Source: an uncultured Actinomycetes bacterium
Lineage (GTDB): Bacteria > Actinomycetota > UBA4738 > HRBIN12
Direction of reading: 5' to 3'
Length of the DNA stretch: 64,000 bases
Assembly (NCBI GenBank): GCA_963723855.1
Contig: CAVRSI010000011.1
Location: forward strand, 122,181 to 186,180
The notes under the pieces are model-generated. The model was given only the letters and a program-made list of their open reading frames with translations, ran no database searches and was not told the DNA's origin. Below, one piece after another: positions 23,261 to 33,300 of the stretch. Position numbers and translations under genes: made by a program. The number at the start of each line of letters is the position of its first letter. Position 1 is the first letter of the stretch.

Positions 23261-24544
23261 TCAGGGGCGTTTGCGGAAGGCCGCCACGAACATGCCGTCC
23301 GAGCCGTGGCGGTGGGGCCACAGGCGCACCCGCGTCGCGGCCCCATCGGGACCCTCGATCTCGACGGGCTCCAGCTCGGGCCGATGGCGAACGAGCGCAT
23401 CGCATGCCGCGTCGGTCTCCGCGCGCGGGAAGGTGCACACCGAGTAGACGAGGCGGCCGCCCGGCCTGAGGCGATCGGCAGCGGCAGACGCGATCGCCAC
23501 CTGGAGCCGGGCGAGCGAGGAGAGGTCGCCGCGGCGCGGCCGCCACAGCAGCTCCGGTCGCCGCCGCGCCGACCCGATCCCGGAGCAGGGAGCATCGACG
23601 AGGACCCGGTCGAACGCCGCATCGACCGACGGCCGGGTCGCGTCCTGCGCCACGACGCCGACGGCCACGCCGAGCCGTTCCGCGGTGCTCTTGACGAGCG
23701 CCGCGCGCTCGGGTCGAACGTCGGCGGCGATGACGGTCCCCGACTCGCCGACGATGCACGCCGCGTGCGCCGCCTTCCCGCCGGGCGCCGCACAGACGTC
23801 GAGCACGCGGTCACCCGGCCGGGGATCGAGGGCTCCGACGACGAACGCGGATGCCTGGTCCTGCACGGCGAACCAGCCTTGCGCGAACCCGCGGAGCCTG
23901 GACGGATCGCCCCCATCGAGGAGCACGCAATCGGGATGCAGCTTCGCGGGATACGGGGTGTGCCCGCTCGCGCGCAAACCGCGGACGAACGCCTCGACGG
24001 TGGTCCTGCACGTGTTCGTCCTGAGGCTCAACGAACCCCGTTCGCCGAAGGCCTCCGCGGCTACCTCGGCCTCGGCGTCGCCGAGGATGCGGCGGAGCTC
24101 ACGCACCGCCCACGGGGACATGCCGGTGCGCATGAAGATGTCCTCGTCCGTGGCGCCCGTCGGCGGTGAGGGCGGGTCGTCGGCGATCTTCCGAAGGATC
24201 GCGTTCACGAACCCGCGCTCTCGAGGGGTCGCGAGATCGACCGACTCGGACACCGCGGCGTGTCGGGGGATCCGCATGAACAGCAGTTGGTACGCGCCGA
24301 GTCGCAGCGCGGCGCGGGCGCCGGGGCTCATCCTCGCGACCGACCGGGACGCCCGCTGGCCGATCGCACGATCGAGCCCGGGGATGTGGCGCAGCGTCCC
24401 CAGGGCCAGCTCCGTCGCGAGCGCCCGGTCGCGCGGGGTAAGGCGCGAACGCTCCAGGAGCGCGGGCAAGACCCGAGTGGAGTACGCGTCCTCGTCGGTG
24501 ACGCGACGCACCGTTTCGACCGCGACCGATCGCGCCGTGGTCAT
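23261..24544 (-). CDS. rsmB: 16S rRNA (cytosine-C5)-methyltransferase RsmB/Sun family
   Basis: N-terminal NusB-like domain plus SAM MTase motifs (DVCAAPGGK, DAPCSG, PGGRLVYSVCT). Confidence 0.88.
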   Translation of the reverse strand: MTTARSVAVETVRRVTDEDAYSTRVLPALLERSRLTPRDRALATELALGTLRHIPGLDRAIGQRASRSVARMSPGARAALRLGAYQLLFMRIPRHAAVSESVDLATPRERGFVNAILRKIADDPPSPPTGATDEDIFMRTGMSPWAVRELRRILGDAEAEVAAEAFGERGSLSLRTNTCRTTVEAFVRGLRASGHTPYPAKLHPDCVLLDGGDPSRLRGFAQGWFAVQDQASAFVVGALDPRPGDRVLDVCAAPGGKAAHAACIVGESGTVIAADVRPERAALVKSTAERLGVAVGVVAQDATRPSVDAAFDRVLVDAPCSGIGSARRRPELLWRPRRGDLSSLARLQVAIASAAADRLRPGGRLVYSVCTFPRAETDAACDALVRHRPELEPVEIEGPDGAATRVRLWPHRHGSDGMFVAAFRKRP

Positions 24545-25485
24545 GATCCGAGCCGCTCGCCCGTCAGATCTCGTACGCCGTGCGCCCAATCTGCGGCCGG
24601 CATCCGACGCCTCCCGGCTGCCGCGACCTCGAGCAGGATGATGGTCCCTGAGCCCGCCGCGACGACGACGCCCCGGCGATCGACCCGCATGATCGCTCCC
24701 GGCTCCTCCTCCTCCTCAGGTCCGGCCACAGCGGCTCGAAGGATCTTGAGGTCCTCACCCCTGAACCGCGTGGTCGCGCCCGGGTCCGGGGCGAACGCAC
24801 GGACACGTCGCACGAGCTCGTCGGCGGGCCGCGACCAATCGATCACACGGTCGACCGCCCCCAGCTTGGGTGCGAACGTCGCGACACCTTCCTGAGGCCT
24901 GGACGTCACCCTTCCCGCCGCGAGATCGGGTAGCAGTCGTGCGACCATCTCGGCTCCGATCCCGGCGAGGCGGGCGCCGAGCGAGCCCGCGTCGTCGTCC
25001 GATCCGATCGGCTCCTCACCGCGTGCCAGCACCGGCCCGGTGTCCAAGCCTTCGTCCATCTGCATCAGGGTCACGCCCGTGACGGGATCGCCCGCCAGGA
25101 TGGCGTGCTGGACCGGGCTCGCGCCTCGCCAGCGGGGCAGCAGCGAGAGATGAACGTTCACAGAGCCGAGCCGAGGAGCGCTCAACACCTCGCTCGACAG
25201 CAGCTCGCCGTAGGCCACGACGATCGAAACGTCGAGCGACAGCGCACGCAGCCGTTCCAGGAACCCGTCGTCTCTCGTCGTCTCCCGCTCCTCGAGTGGG
25301 AACGCGAGCGACCGCGCCGCGTCGGCGACGGCGGTCGCGGTCAGCCTCGAGCCCCTGCCGGCGGGGCGCGGTGGGTTCGTCACGACGAGGACCACGTCGA
25401 CGTCCGCGCTCAGGGCGAGCCGGTCGAGCGTTGGGACCGACCAGGGGTCGTTGCCCAGGAACGCCACCCGGACTGGCGAGGTCAC
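24541..25485 (-). CDS. fmt: Methionyl-tRNA formyltransferase
   Basis: 314 aa with Fmt N- and C-terminal domains (VNVHLSLLPRWRGASPVQ...). Confidence 0.9.
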   Translation of the reverse strand: MTSPVRVAFLGNDPWSVPTLDRLALSADVDVVLVVTNPPRPAGRGSRLTATAVADAARSLAFPLEERETTRDDGFLERLRALSLDVSIVVAYGELLSSEVLSAPRLGSVNVHLSLLPRWRGASPVQHAILAGDPVTGVTLMQMDEGLDTGPVLARGEEPIGSDDDAGSLGARLAGIGAEMVARLLPDLAAGRVTSRPQEGVATFAPKLGAVDRVIDWSRPADELVRRVRAFAPDPGATTRFRGEDLKILRAAVAGPEEEEEPGAIMRVDRRGVVVAAGSGTIILLEVAAAGRRRMPAADWAHGVRDLTGERLGS

Positions 25486-25488
25486 CGG

Positions 25489-26016
25489 CTACACCCCGTC
25501 GTCGTTGCGCCGCTTGCGGGGCTCGGCGAGACCCAGTTCGATGCGACGGAGCTCCGCCAGCACCGCCCTGCGACCCTCTTCGTCCAGACGGTCGATGAAC
25601 AACGTCCCCTCGAGGTGGTCCGTCTCGTGTTGGAAGATCCTGGCGAGCAACCCCTCACCCGCGACCTCCAGCGGCTCGCCCCGGAGGTCTTGCCCTCGGC
25701 AGACGATCTTCATGAAGCGGAGCGTCCGGTAGAACGGACCGGGGATGGACAGGCATCCCTCCTCCTCCAGGATCTCCCCTTCGGGACGCACCAGCTCGGG
25801 GTTCGCCATGAACATCGGTCCCGTGATGCCGTCGTCGAAGACGAACAGCCGCAGCGAGATGCCGACCTGGGGTCCGGCCAGGCCCACGCCGGGAGCGTCG
25901 TACATCGTCTCGAGCATGTCCTCGGACAGCCGCCGAAGCGCGTCGTCGAAGCGCTCGACGGGCTTCGCCGGCGTCTTCAGCACAGGGTCGCCCAGGGTGC
26001 GGATCGGGATGATCAC
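25489..26016 (-). CDS. def: Peptide deformylase
   Basis: 175 aa with motifs GLAGPQVG, EGCLS and HETDHL. Confidence 0.95.
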   Translation of the reverse strand: MIIPIRTLGDPVLKTPAKPVERFDDALRRLSEDMLETMYDAPGVGLAGPQVGISLRLFVFDDGITGPMFMANPELVRPEGEILEEEGCLSIPGPFYRTLRFMKIVCRGQDLRGEPLEVAGEGLLARIFQHETDHLEGTLFIDRLDEEGRRAVLAELRRIELGLAEPRKRRNDDGV

Positions 26017-26037
26017 GTCGGGTCCACCGTTCGTCGC

Positions 26038-27846
26038 CTAGAGGTGCGGTTCCGCCTCGACCCTCGCCACGACGTCGCGGGCGGCCAGCTCGCGGACCGT
26101 GCGACCGAGCTCGTTCACGCGACCCGGGTCGAGCGCGAGCAAGCATACCGTCTGGTCTCCGACCGACGATGCCAACATCGTGATCGGCTTGATGGCGGCG
26201 AGCTCAGCCTCGAGCCCGGCGCTGCCCGCCACGCGGAACACGGCAGATCCGACCGGGAACCCCGCCGCCTTCCGGCGCTCGGCTTCGTCCGCGTGGAACC
26301 GATCCGGGTTGCCGCGCACCAACGCCTGGATCGCGGGGTCGTTCGGGCGATCCGCCTGCACGATGGCCTTCCCCGCCGGCCGGGCCCAGGCGACCGCTTC
26401 CACCCAGGTCGCCAGCGCTCGCTCGCGTGCGGCGATCCCGGGCCGGCGCTCCGCGAGGTCGGCATCGAGGATCGCCACCAGCTCGAGATCGCCCGTCCCG
26501 AGATCGCGCACCGATTCCGGCCCTCCCACCACGATCTCGGCGGGTCTCGGCAGTCGTGCCCGGCCCGGGGACGAGATCCGTCGGACCGGCACCGGCGCGA
26601 CGGACGCGGCCCACTCCTCCACGCGCTCTGCTCCGCCACGGCGGAGCCCGAAGTCCGTCGCACCGCAATGCGCACAGCGCCCCGACGCCTCGCACACCAC
26701 ACATCGCACGATGCCCTCCTCCGATCGGAGGACGCCGCCACACGCCGCGCACGCCGCGGGCCGGCCGCACGATCGACATACCTGCGCGATGCCATAGCCG
26801 GGGAGCGGCGAGAAGATGAACCCCCGGTGGGTCTCGCGGAGCGCTCGGAGGAGTCGAGGGGCACGACCTTCCGGCCCGGCACGCACGACCTCCACGGGGG
26901 GCCACCGCCGCGTCGACGGCGCGACGCCTGTGAGGCCGAGCGCGTTCGCCTCCGACGACGGACACAGCGCCGAGAGCACGCAGGCTGCTCCGCTCTGCTG
27001 GGCCCGTCGCAGCGCGACATCCCGCACGTGGTAGTAGGGCGCGCGGTCCTCGCGATGGGCCGGATGGCTCTCCCGTGACACCACGATCGCCCCCAGATCG
27101 GGCACCGGCGCGAACACGCCCGGCCTCGTCCCCACGACGACGTCGTATCGCCCTTCCAGGATCTCCAGCCACCTCCGATATCGGGCTCGCCTGTCTCCCC
27201 CGACCAGCAGCCCCACGCGCTCGCCGAACGATTCGACGATCGCCGCCGCGGTCGCCGGGACCGGCGCCGCCTCGGGCACCAACACGATCGCGCGCCGCCC
27301 ACCCGCCAGACAGCCGCGAACGATCTCGACGGCCGCCGCGACCTCGTCCTCCGGCGCCGGCCGGAGGACGAATGCGCCCGAACCGGACGCGACGGCCGCC
27401 TGCAGACGGGGTCCATTGCGATACGAGGCGAAGAGGTCGGCGATCGAAGCCGCCGGAGCGCGGCCCCCGCCGCCATCCCCTGGCGCGTCGGCCCCGAACC
27501 ACTTCTCCTCGGACGCGACCCGGGGCGGCGCTACGCGCCCGATCACGGCGGCGAGCGGAGCGATGTAGCGCTCGCTCACCCACCGCATCAGCTCGAGCAT
27601 CGGCCCGTCGAAGAACCGGACGGGAGACACGACCTTCTTCACGTTCAGCGTCCGCGTGCCGAACATCTCCGCGGACTCCAGCACCCACCCGCGGACCAGC
27701 CGGCCGTGGAACGGAACCTGGACGAGCGACCCGACGCCCGCGTCGAGCTCGCCGGGGAGAAGGTACGTGAACGGCCTGTCGAGGCTGAGGATGGGACGGT
27801 CGATGCAGACGGCGACGGGACCCTCGAGGACGAGGCGGTCGTGCAC
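26038..27846 (-). CDS. priA: Primosomal protein N' (PriA), with apparently degenerate helicase ATPase motifs
   Basis: 602 aa with a PriA N-terminal DNA-binding region and a Cys-rich zinc-binding insertion (CRSCG...CAACG...CVVCE...CAHCG). The expected Walker A GxGKT and DEXH sequences are not recognisable. Confidence 0.8.
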   Translation of the reverse strand: MHDRLVLEGPVAVCIDRPILSLDRPFTYLLPGELDAGVGSLVQVPFHGRLVRGWVLESAEMFGTRTLNVKKVVSPVRFFDGPMLELMRWVSERYIAPLAAVIGRVAPPRVASEEKWFGADAPGDGGGGRAPAASIADLFASYRNGPRLQAAVASGSGAFVLRPAPEDEVAAAVEIVRGCLAGGRRAIVLVPEAAPVPATAAAIVESFGERVGLLVGGDRRARYRRWLEILEGRYDVVVGTRPGVFAPVPDLGAIVVSRESHPAHREDRAPYYHVRDVALRRAQQSGAACVLSALCPSSEANALGLTGVAPSTRRWPPVEVVRAGPEGRAPRLLRALRETHRGFIFSPLPGYGIAQVCRSCGRPAACAACGGVLRSEEGIVRCVVCEASGRCAHCGATDFGLRRGGAERVEEWAASVAPVPVRRISSPGRARLPRPAEIVVGGPESVRDLGTGDLELVAILDADLAERRPGIAARERALATWVEAVAWARPAGKAIVQADRPNDPAIQALVRGNPDRFHADEAERRKAAGFPVGSAVFRVAGSAGLEAELAAIKPITMLASSVGDQTVCLLALDPGRVNELGRTVRELAARDVVARVEAEPHL

Positions 27847-27862
27847 GCGCTTCCCCGGCCGG

Positions 27863-29053
27863 CTAGCTGACGGCGCGGCGGAGGTCGTCGACGCGGTCGG
27901 TCGCCTCCCAGGGGAACTCTTTGCGCCCGAAATGACCGTACGCAGCCGTCTCGCGGTAGATGGGGCGGGCGAGCTGCAGGTCGCGGATGATCGCGGCCGG
28001 CCGGAAGTCGAACAGGTCGCGAACCGCGTTCACGATCGCCTCCGGGTCGGCCTCCTCGGTGCCGAACGTGTCGACCATCAAGGAGACGGGATGGGCGGTC
28101 CCGATGGCGTACGCGACCTGGAGCTGACAGCGGTCGGCGAGGCCGGAGGCGACGACGTTCTTCGCCACGTACCGCGCCATGTACGCGGCGGAACGGTCGA
28201 CCTTGGTCGGGTCCTTCCCGGAGAAGGCCCCTCCGCCGTGCGGCGCCATGCCGCCGTAGGTGTCCACGATGATCTTGCGACCGGTGAGTCCGGTATCGGC
28301 CTTCGGTCCGCCGATCTCGAACCGTCCCGTTGGGTTCACGATGATCTTCGTGCCGGACACGTCGATCTCCGGGAGCTCATGAAGGATCGGCTCCACCACC
28401 TCGGCCACGATGTCGGGCTTGAGGAGCGTCTCGACGTCCACTTCCTCGCGGTGCTGCGATGAGATCAGGACCGTGTCCACGCGCACCGGCACGTTGCCTT
28501 CGTACGCGATGGTGACCATCGCTTTGCCGTCGGGACGCAGGTACGGAACCACGCCGGCGCGGCGGACGTCTGCCAGGCGACGGGCGAGCCGGTGCGCCAT
28601 GGCGATCGGGAGCGGCATCAGCTCTTCCGTCTCGCGGCAGGCGAAGCCGAACATCATGCCCTGATCTCCGGCGCCCAGATGGTCCAGCTCGTCCTCGGAA
28701 TGCCCCTCGCGGTGCTCCGTCGCGTCCTCGACCCCCCGGGCGATGTCGGGTGACTGGTCCTGGATCGCGGTCAGGACCCCGCAGGTCTCGCCGTCGAGTC
28801 CGAACTTCGCGTCCGTGTATCCCACCTCGGTCACCGTCCGACGCACCACCGAGGGGATGTCCACCCAGGCGTCGCACGTGATCTCGCCCGCCACGATCAC
28901 GAGCCCGGTCGTCACGAGGGACTCGCACGCGACGCGGCTGTTGGGGTCGGCCGTGAGCATCGCGTCGAGGACGGCGTCGGACAGCTGGTCGGCCAGCTTG
29001 TCGGGGTGTCCCTCGGTGACGGATTCCGAGGTGAAGAGGTGGCTGCGACTCAT
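27863..29053 (-). CDS. metK: S-adenosylmethionine synthetase
   Basis: About 397 aa starting [19 protein letters not shown], hallmark MAT motifs throughout. Confidence 0.95.
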   Translation of the reverse strand: MSRSHLFTSESVTEGHPDKLADQLSDAVLDAMLTADPNSRVACESLVTTGLVIVAGEITCDAWVDIPSVVRRTVTEVGYTDAKFGLDGETCGVLTAIQDQSPDIARGVEDATEHREGHSEDELDHLGAGDQGMMFGFACRETEELMPLPIAMAHRLARRLADVRRAGVVPYLRPDGKAMVTIAYEGNVPVRVDTVLISSQHREEVDVETLLKPDIVAEVVEPILHELPEIDVSGTKIIVNPTGRFEIGGPKADTGLTGRKIIVDTYGGMAPHGGGAFSGKDPTKVDRSAAYMARYVAKNVVASGLADRCQLQVAYAIGTAHPVSLMVDTFGTEEADPEAIVNAVRDLFDFRPAAIIRDLQLARPIYRETAAYGHFGRKEFPWEATDRVDDLRRAVS

Positions 29054-29075
29054 GTCGGCGCGAGTATATCGGCCG

Positions 29076-30269
29076 TCACGGACGCGACCCGTCATGCCCG
29101 GCGAGGAGGCCGGCGACGCGGTCGCAGATCGCAGCGGCCAGCTCAGCCTTGGTCCAGGTGCGGAGAGGCTCGACCGGGCCGTCCGCCGACAGGATCATGG
29201 CCACGTTCGTGTCGGAGCCGAACCCCGTGCCTTCGCGACCGACCTCGTTCACGACCACCAGGTCCAGGTGCTTGGCCCTGAGCTTCTTCTCCCCCGCTGC
29301 CGCGAGATCGGACGTCTCCGCGGCGAACCCGACCAGGATGCGCGTGCCCTTGCGCTCACCGAGCTCACCGATGATGTCGGGCGTCGGCTCGAGGTGGAGA
29401 TCCGGAACGCCGGCCTCCTTCTTCAGCTTGCCCTCGGCGACGGCCTTCGGCCGGAAGTCGGCGACCGCGGCGGCCATCACGACGACGTGAGCCTCGTCCG
29501 CGGCGGTGAGGACCGCGCGCTGCATCTCCTCCGCCGTGTCGACGCGAACGATGGTCACACCAACGGGCGGCGCCACCGTGTCGGGACCGAGGATCAGCCG
29601 GACGTCCGCGCCGCGGGACGCCGCCTCCGCCGCGACCGCGACGCCCATCTTCCCCGTCGAGCGGTTCCCGATGAAGCGAACCGGATCGATCGGCTCCTGG
29701 GTCGGGCCCGCCGTGACGACCATCCGCACGCCGTCCAGGTCGCGGAGTCGCGGTCAGCGAGCGCTCGATCGCGCGGAAGATCTCTTGCGGCTCGGCCATC
29801 CGGCCGAGTCCCTCGTCGCCTGCGGCCAGCGCCCCCACGACCGGACCGACGAACAGGGCACCGCGCTCGCGCGAGCGTCGCGACGTTCGTGGCCGTCGCG
29901 GGATGCTGCCACATGCCGGTGTGCATCGCGGGGACGAGGATCAGCGGGCACGTCGCCTCGAGCAGCGTCGACGTGAGCAGGTCGTCGGCGATCCCCGTGC
30001 GCGAGCTTCGCGAGCACGTTGGCTGTGGCGGGGGCGACGACGGCGACGTCGATGTCGTGCGCCAGATGGACGTGGACGACCTCGCCGGGGTTATCCCAGA
30101 GCGAGGTCTGGACCGGATTGCCGGTGATCGCCGCGAACGTGTCCGCGCCGACGAACCGCTCGGCGGAGTGCGTCAGGATCACGCGGACGTCGGCGCCGGC
30201 TTCGACCAGGAGTCGAGCGAGCAACCCGGCCTTGTATGCAGCGATGCTCCCCGTGACGCCGAGCAACAC
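29076..30269 (-). CDS. coaBC: Bifunctional phosphopantothenoylcysteine decarboxylase / phosphopantothenate-cysteine ligase, disrupted by at least three frameshifts
   Basis: The CoaC N-terminus ([14 protein letters not shown]...LAKLAHG) is at 30269-~29990. The fragment [14 protein letters not shown] is in a second frame. [17 protein letters not shown] is in a third frame. The CoaB domain ([26 protein letters not shown]...) is in the 29076..29729 frame. Confidence 0.8.
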
Positions 30270-30291
30270 CCGTCGTCCGGAGAGCGACGTG

Positions 30292-30540
30292 CTACTCGTC
30301 CGCGGGCTCCTCGGTTCGCTCGTAGTCGATCTTCCCCTCGGCGATCTCTTCGAGGGCGATCGACAACGGCTTGTTCGTCAGGCCGCCGCTCTCGATCAAC
30401 GGCGGGATGAACTCCGCACGTCCCTCGCCGAGCTGGCTGTAGTACGAGTTGATCTCTCGTGCCCGCTTGGCAGCCAGGATCACGAGCGTGTACTTGGAGT
30501 CGACGGCTGCGAGCAGGTCGTCGATCTTGGGTTCGATCAT
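30292..30540 (-). CDS. rpoZ: DNA-directed RNA polymerase subunit omega
   Basis: 82 aa starting [10 protein letters not shown], with LAAKRAREI. Confidence 0.9.
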   Translation of the reverse strand: MIEPKIDDLLAAVDSKYTLVILAAKRAREINSYYSQLGEGRAEFIPPLIESGGLTNKPLSIALEEIAEGKIDYERTEEPADE

Positions 30541-31152
30541 CTAGACGGTCTCCTCAGGGTGGCCGGAAGCATGGCCGGTTCGGGATGCTTCGATGATAGC
30601 AGCGACCTCGTCGGCCGCGCGCTGCAGGTCGTCGTTCACGACCACGTGATCGAACCAGCCGCGTTGGGTCATCTCCCAGGCCGCCGTGTCCAGACGCCTG
30701 GCGATCCGCTCGTCGTCTTCGGTCCCCCGGCCTCGCAAGCGCCGCTCGAGCTCCTCCATGGACGGGGGCGCGAGGAAGATCAGCGTCGCGTCGGGGACCT
30801 CGGCCCGCACCTGTTCGGCGCCTTTGACGTCGATCTCCAGGATGACGTCGCGTCCGGCGGCAAGCGAGTCATCAACGAACTGCCTCGGCGTGCCGGAGCG
30901 GTGATCCACGAACGGAGCCCATTCCAGGAGCTCGTCGTTGCGCAGCATCGCGTCGAACGCCGCCTCGGAGATGAAGTGGTACTCCCGGCCGTCCCGCTCG
31001 TTGGCCCGTGGAGCACGGGTCTTGACCGAGATCGAGTACGCGAGACGGCCATGGCCCTCGGCGCGATCCCGGTCGAGGAGCCGTCGGACGACGCTCCCCT
31101 TCCCGACTCCGGAGGGACCCGCGATGACGATCAGCTTGCCTCGTCGGGAGGC
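30541..31152 (-). CDS. gmk: Guanylate kinase
   Basis: P-loop GPSGVGKGSV plus the GMP-binding region. The probable start is TTG near 31150, since the upstream in-frame region belongs to the mihF tail. Confidence 0.82.
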   Translation of the reverse strand, partial: ASRRGKLIVIAGPSGVGKGSVVRRLLDRDRAEGHGRLAYSISVKTRAPRANERDGREYHFISEAAFDAMLRNDELLEWAPFVDHRSGTPRQFVDDSLAAGRDVILEIDVKGAEQVRAEVPDATLIFLAPPSMEELERRLRGRGTEDDERIARRLDTAAWEMTQRGWFDHVVVNDDLQRAADEVAAIIEASRTGHASGHPEETV

Positions 31153-31159
31153 CAAGCGG

Positions 31160-31474
31160 TTACTTCTTGAACTTCTCGAGGAGCATCTCGCGCTGCTTGG
31201 CCCCGAGGCCGCGGACGCGGCGGCTGACGGAGATGTCGAGCTCCTCCATGAGCTTCTGCGCGCGCACCTTCCCGACACCCGGGAGCGACTCGAGCACGTT
31301 GGACACCTTCATCTTGCCGACGATGTCGTCGCCCGACCTGGCCAGCACGTCCTTGAGCGTGAGCTTCCCGGACTTCAGCTCGCCCTTCAGCTCCGCGCGC
31401 TTCTTCCGCGCCTCGGCGGCCTTCGCGAGGGCTTGCGTGCGCTGCTCCGGTGTCAGGACGGGTAGGGCCATCAT
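31160..31474 (-). CDS. mihF: Actinobacterial integration host factor mIHF
   Basis: About 104 aa (MMALPVLTPEQRTQALAKAAEARKKRAELK...LPGVGKVRAQKLMEELDISVSRRVRGLG), a typical mIHF sequence. Confidence 0.8.
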   Translation of the reverse strand: MMALPVLTPEQRTQALAKAAEARKKRAELKGELKSGKLTLKDVLARSGDDIVGKMKVSNVLESLPGVGKVRAQKLMEELDISVSRRVRGLGAKQREMLLEKFKK

Positions 31475-31622
31475 GCGCTCCTTTGCGTATCGCGGATCGA
31501 GAACCCGGGCATACCCGCGGGTCAGAACCCGGCGAGTATACGCACCGCCGCGAGCGCGACACAACGCGAACATCGAACGCTGCCTGCGGGTTCGGACGCG
31601 ACCGTCCGCGCGTCGGCGAGGA

Positions 31623-32298
31623 TCAGCGCGTCTCGCGGAGGATCGCGCGGGCGACGCCGACCGGGTCGTCTGCATCGGTGATCGGCCGGCCGACGACGAT
31701 GTAGTCGGCTCCGCGCTCGATCGCGTCTGCGGGCGTCAGCACGCGCACCTGATCGTGACCGTTGCCCCCTGCGGGTCGGATGCCGGGGACGACGAGACAG
31801 AAGTCGTCGCCGCAGACGGCGCGCACGTCGCGCACGTCCTCGCCCGACACGACGACGCCATCGAGACCGCTCGCCTTCGCTTCGAACGCGAGCGAGGCGG
31901 GACTCGCGAGCCCCTCCCCCGACTGGCTCGACAACACGGTGACGGCGAGCACGAGCGGGAGCGGGACGTCCCGACTCCGTCGGCGCCACGGTCAGCGCCG
32001 CTTCGTGCCGCGCGCATCATCTCCTCGCCGCCGAGGGCGTGCACGTTGAACATCCGCACACCGAGCCTGGCGATGTTCGCGGACGCTCGCTCGACGGTGT
32101 TCGGGATGTCGTGCAGCTTCGCATCGGCGAAGACCGGCGCATGAGACGCGATGCGCTGCACGACCTCCGGGCCGGCCGACCAGAACAGCTCCAGCCCGAC
32201 CTTCAGCATGCCGACGTGCGGGGCGAGGCTCGAGGCCAGCGCGTCTGCCTGCTCGGCATCGGAGACGTCGAGCGCCACGACGAGCGGATTCTCCGGCC
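31623..32298 (-). CDS. pyrF: Orotidine 5'-phosphate decarboxylase; two closely spaced apparent frameshifts near 31940-31990
   Basis: The N-terminus MIPRPENPLVVALDVSDAEQ...GGEEMMRAAR is in one frame. HEAALTVAPTE is in a second. LPLVLAVTVLSSQ...DQVRVLTPADAIERGADYIVVGRPIT is in a third. Confidence 0.85.
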
Positions 32299-32304
32299 GC
32301 GGGA

Positions 32305-33300
32305 TCATGTCGTCGCGGGATCCGCGTGAAGCACGGCCGGCATCCGCAGACGCCCGCGCAGATCGGCCGGCGACGCGAACCGCTTCTCCTTGAGGTAGTT
32401 GGAGATGCCGCGCGCGACCTCGACGGGTGCGGAAGGATCGATCAACGTGGCGGTCCCCACCTGTACCGCCCACGCGCCGGCGAGCAGCATCTCGACGGCG
32501 TCCTCTCCCGACCGCACGCCGCCGACGGCGACGATCGGCGTGTCGGGCATCGCGCGCGCCACCTCGAACACCGCACGCAACGTCAACGGCTTCAACGCGG
32601 GGCCGGAGAGCCACCCTTCGACCGGACCGAGCGTCGGACGGAGCGTCGCGGCGTCGACGCCCATCGCCGGCGGGGAATCCAGCACGGTGACACCGTGCGC
32701 GCCCGCGCGGACGACGCCGCGGGCGAGCTCGACGATGTCCGGGGTGGACGAGGGCAGCTTGGCGAAGACGGGCACCATCGACATGCGCGCGACCGCCCCG
32801 ACGATCTCCGCCGCGCGGTCGGCATGCGCCCCGAGGACCATGCGCTCCAGCTCCTCGTCCGGATCCGACAGCCGAACCTCGAGCGCCGCGATCTCCGGGC
32901 GCCCCTGCAGCAGGCTCGTCAGTCGGACGTACTCCTCGAGCGTGCTCCCCGTGATGGACACGATCACGGCCGTCCCGGCACGGACGTAGCGAGGGAGCTC
33001 CTCCGCGATGAAGCCTTCGATGCCGGGGTTCTGCATCCCGGTCGCCCACGTGATGCCGGCCGGGGACTCCGCGATCCGCGGCGTGGGATCTCCCCTGCGA
33101 GGACGAAGCGTGATGCTCCGTGTCACGAGCGCGCCGACGCGACGTGTGTCGATCAGGCCGGTGAGCTCCCGGCCCGTTCCGGCGCACCCGGATGCGACCA
33201 TGACGGGCGTCGCGAGCGCCATCCCGGCCAGGTCGACGGCGATCGAGCGTTTCACCCCGGCCACGAGCGCACCACCGGCAGTCCCTCGGGAGGCGTGGGA
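32305..33300 (-). CDS. pyrD: Dihydroorotate dehydrogenase catalytic subunit (class 1B-like)
   Basis: Contains PVMVASGCAGTG..., TGMQNPGIEGF and IVSITGST. Start is approximate because of overlap with the upstream pyrK-like gene. Confidence 0.8.
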   Translation of the reverse strand, partial: SHASRGTAGGALVAGVKRSIAVDLAGMALATPVMVASGCAGTGRELTGLIDTRRVGALVTRSITLRPRRGDPTPRIAESPAGITWATGMQNPGIEGFIAEELPRYVRAGTAVIVSITGSTLEEYVRLTSLLQGRPEIAALEVRLSDPDEELERMVLGAHADRAAEIVGAVARMSMVPVFAKLPSSTPDIVELARGVVRAGAHGVTVLDSPPAMGVDAATLRPTLGPVEGWLSGPALKPLTLRAVFEVARAMPDTPIVAVGGVRSGEDAVEMLLAGAWAVQVGTATLIDPSAPVEVARGISNYLKEKRFASPADLRGRLRMPAVLHADPATT

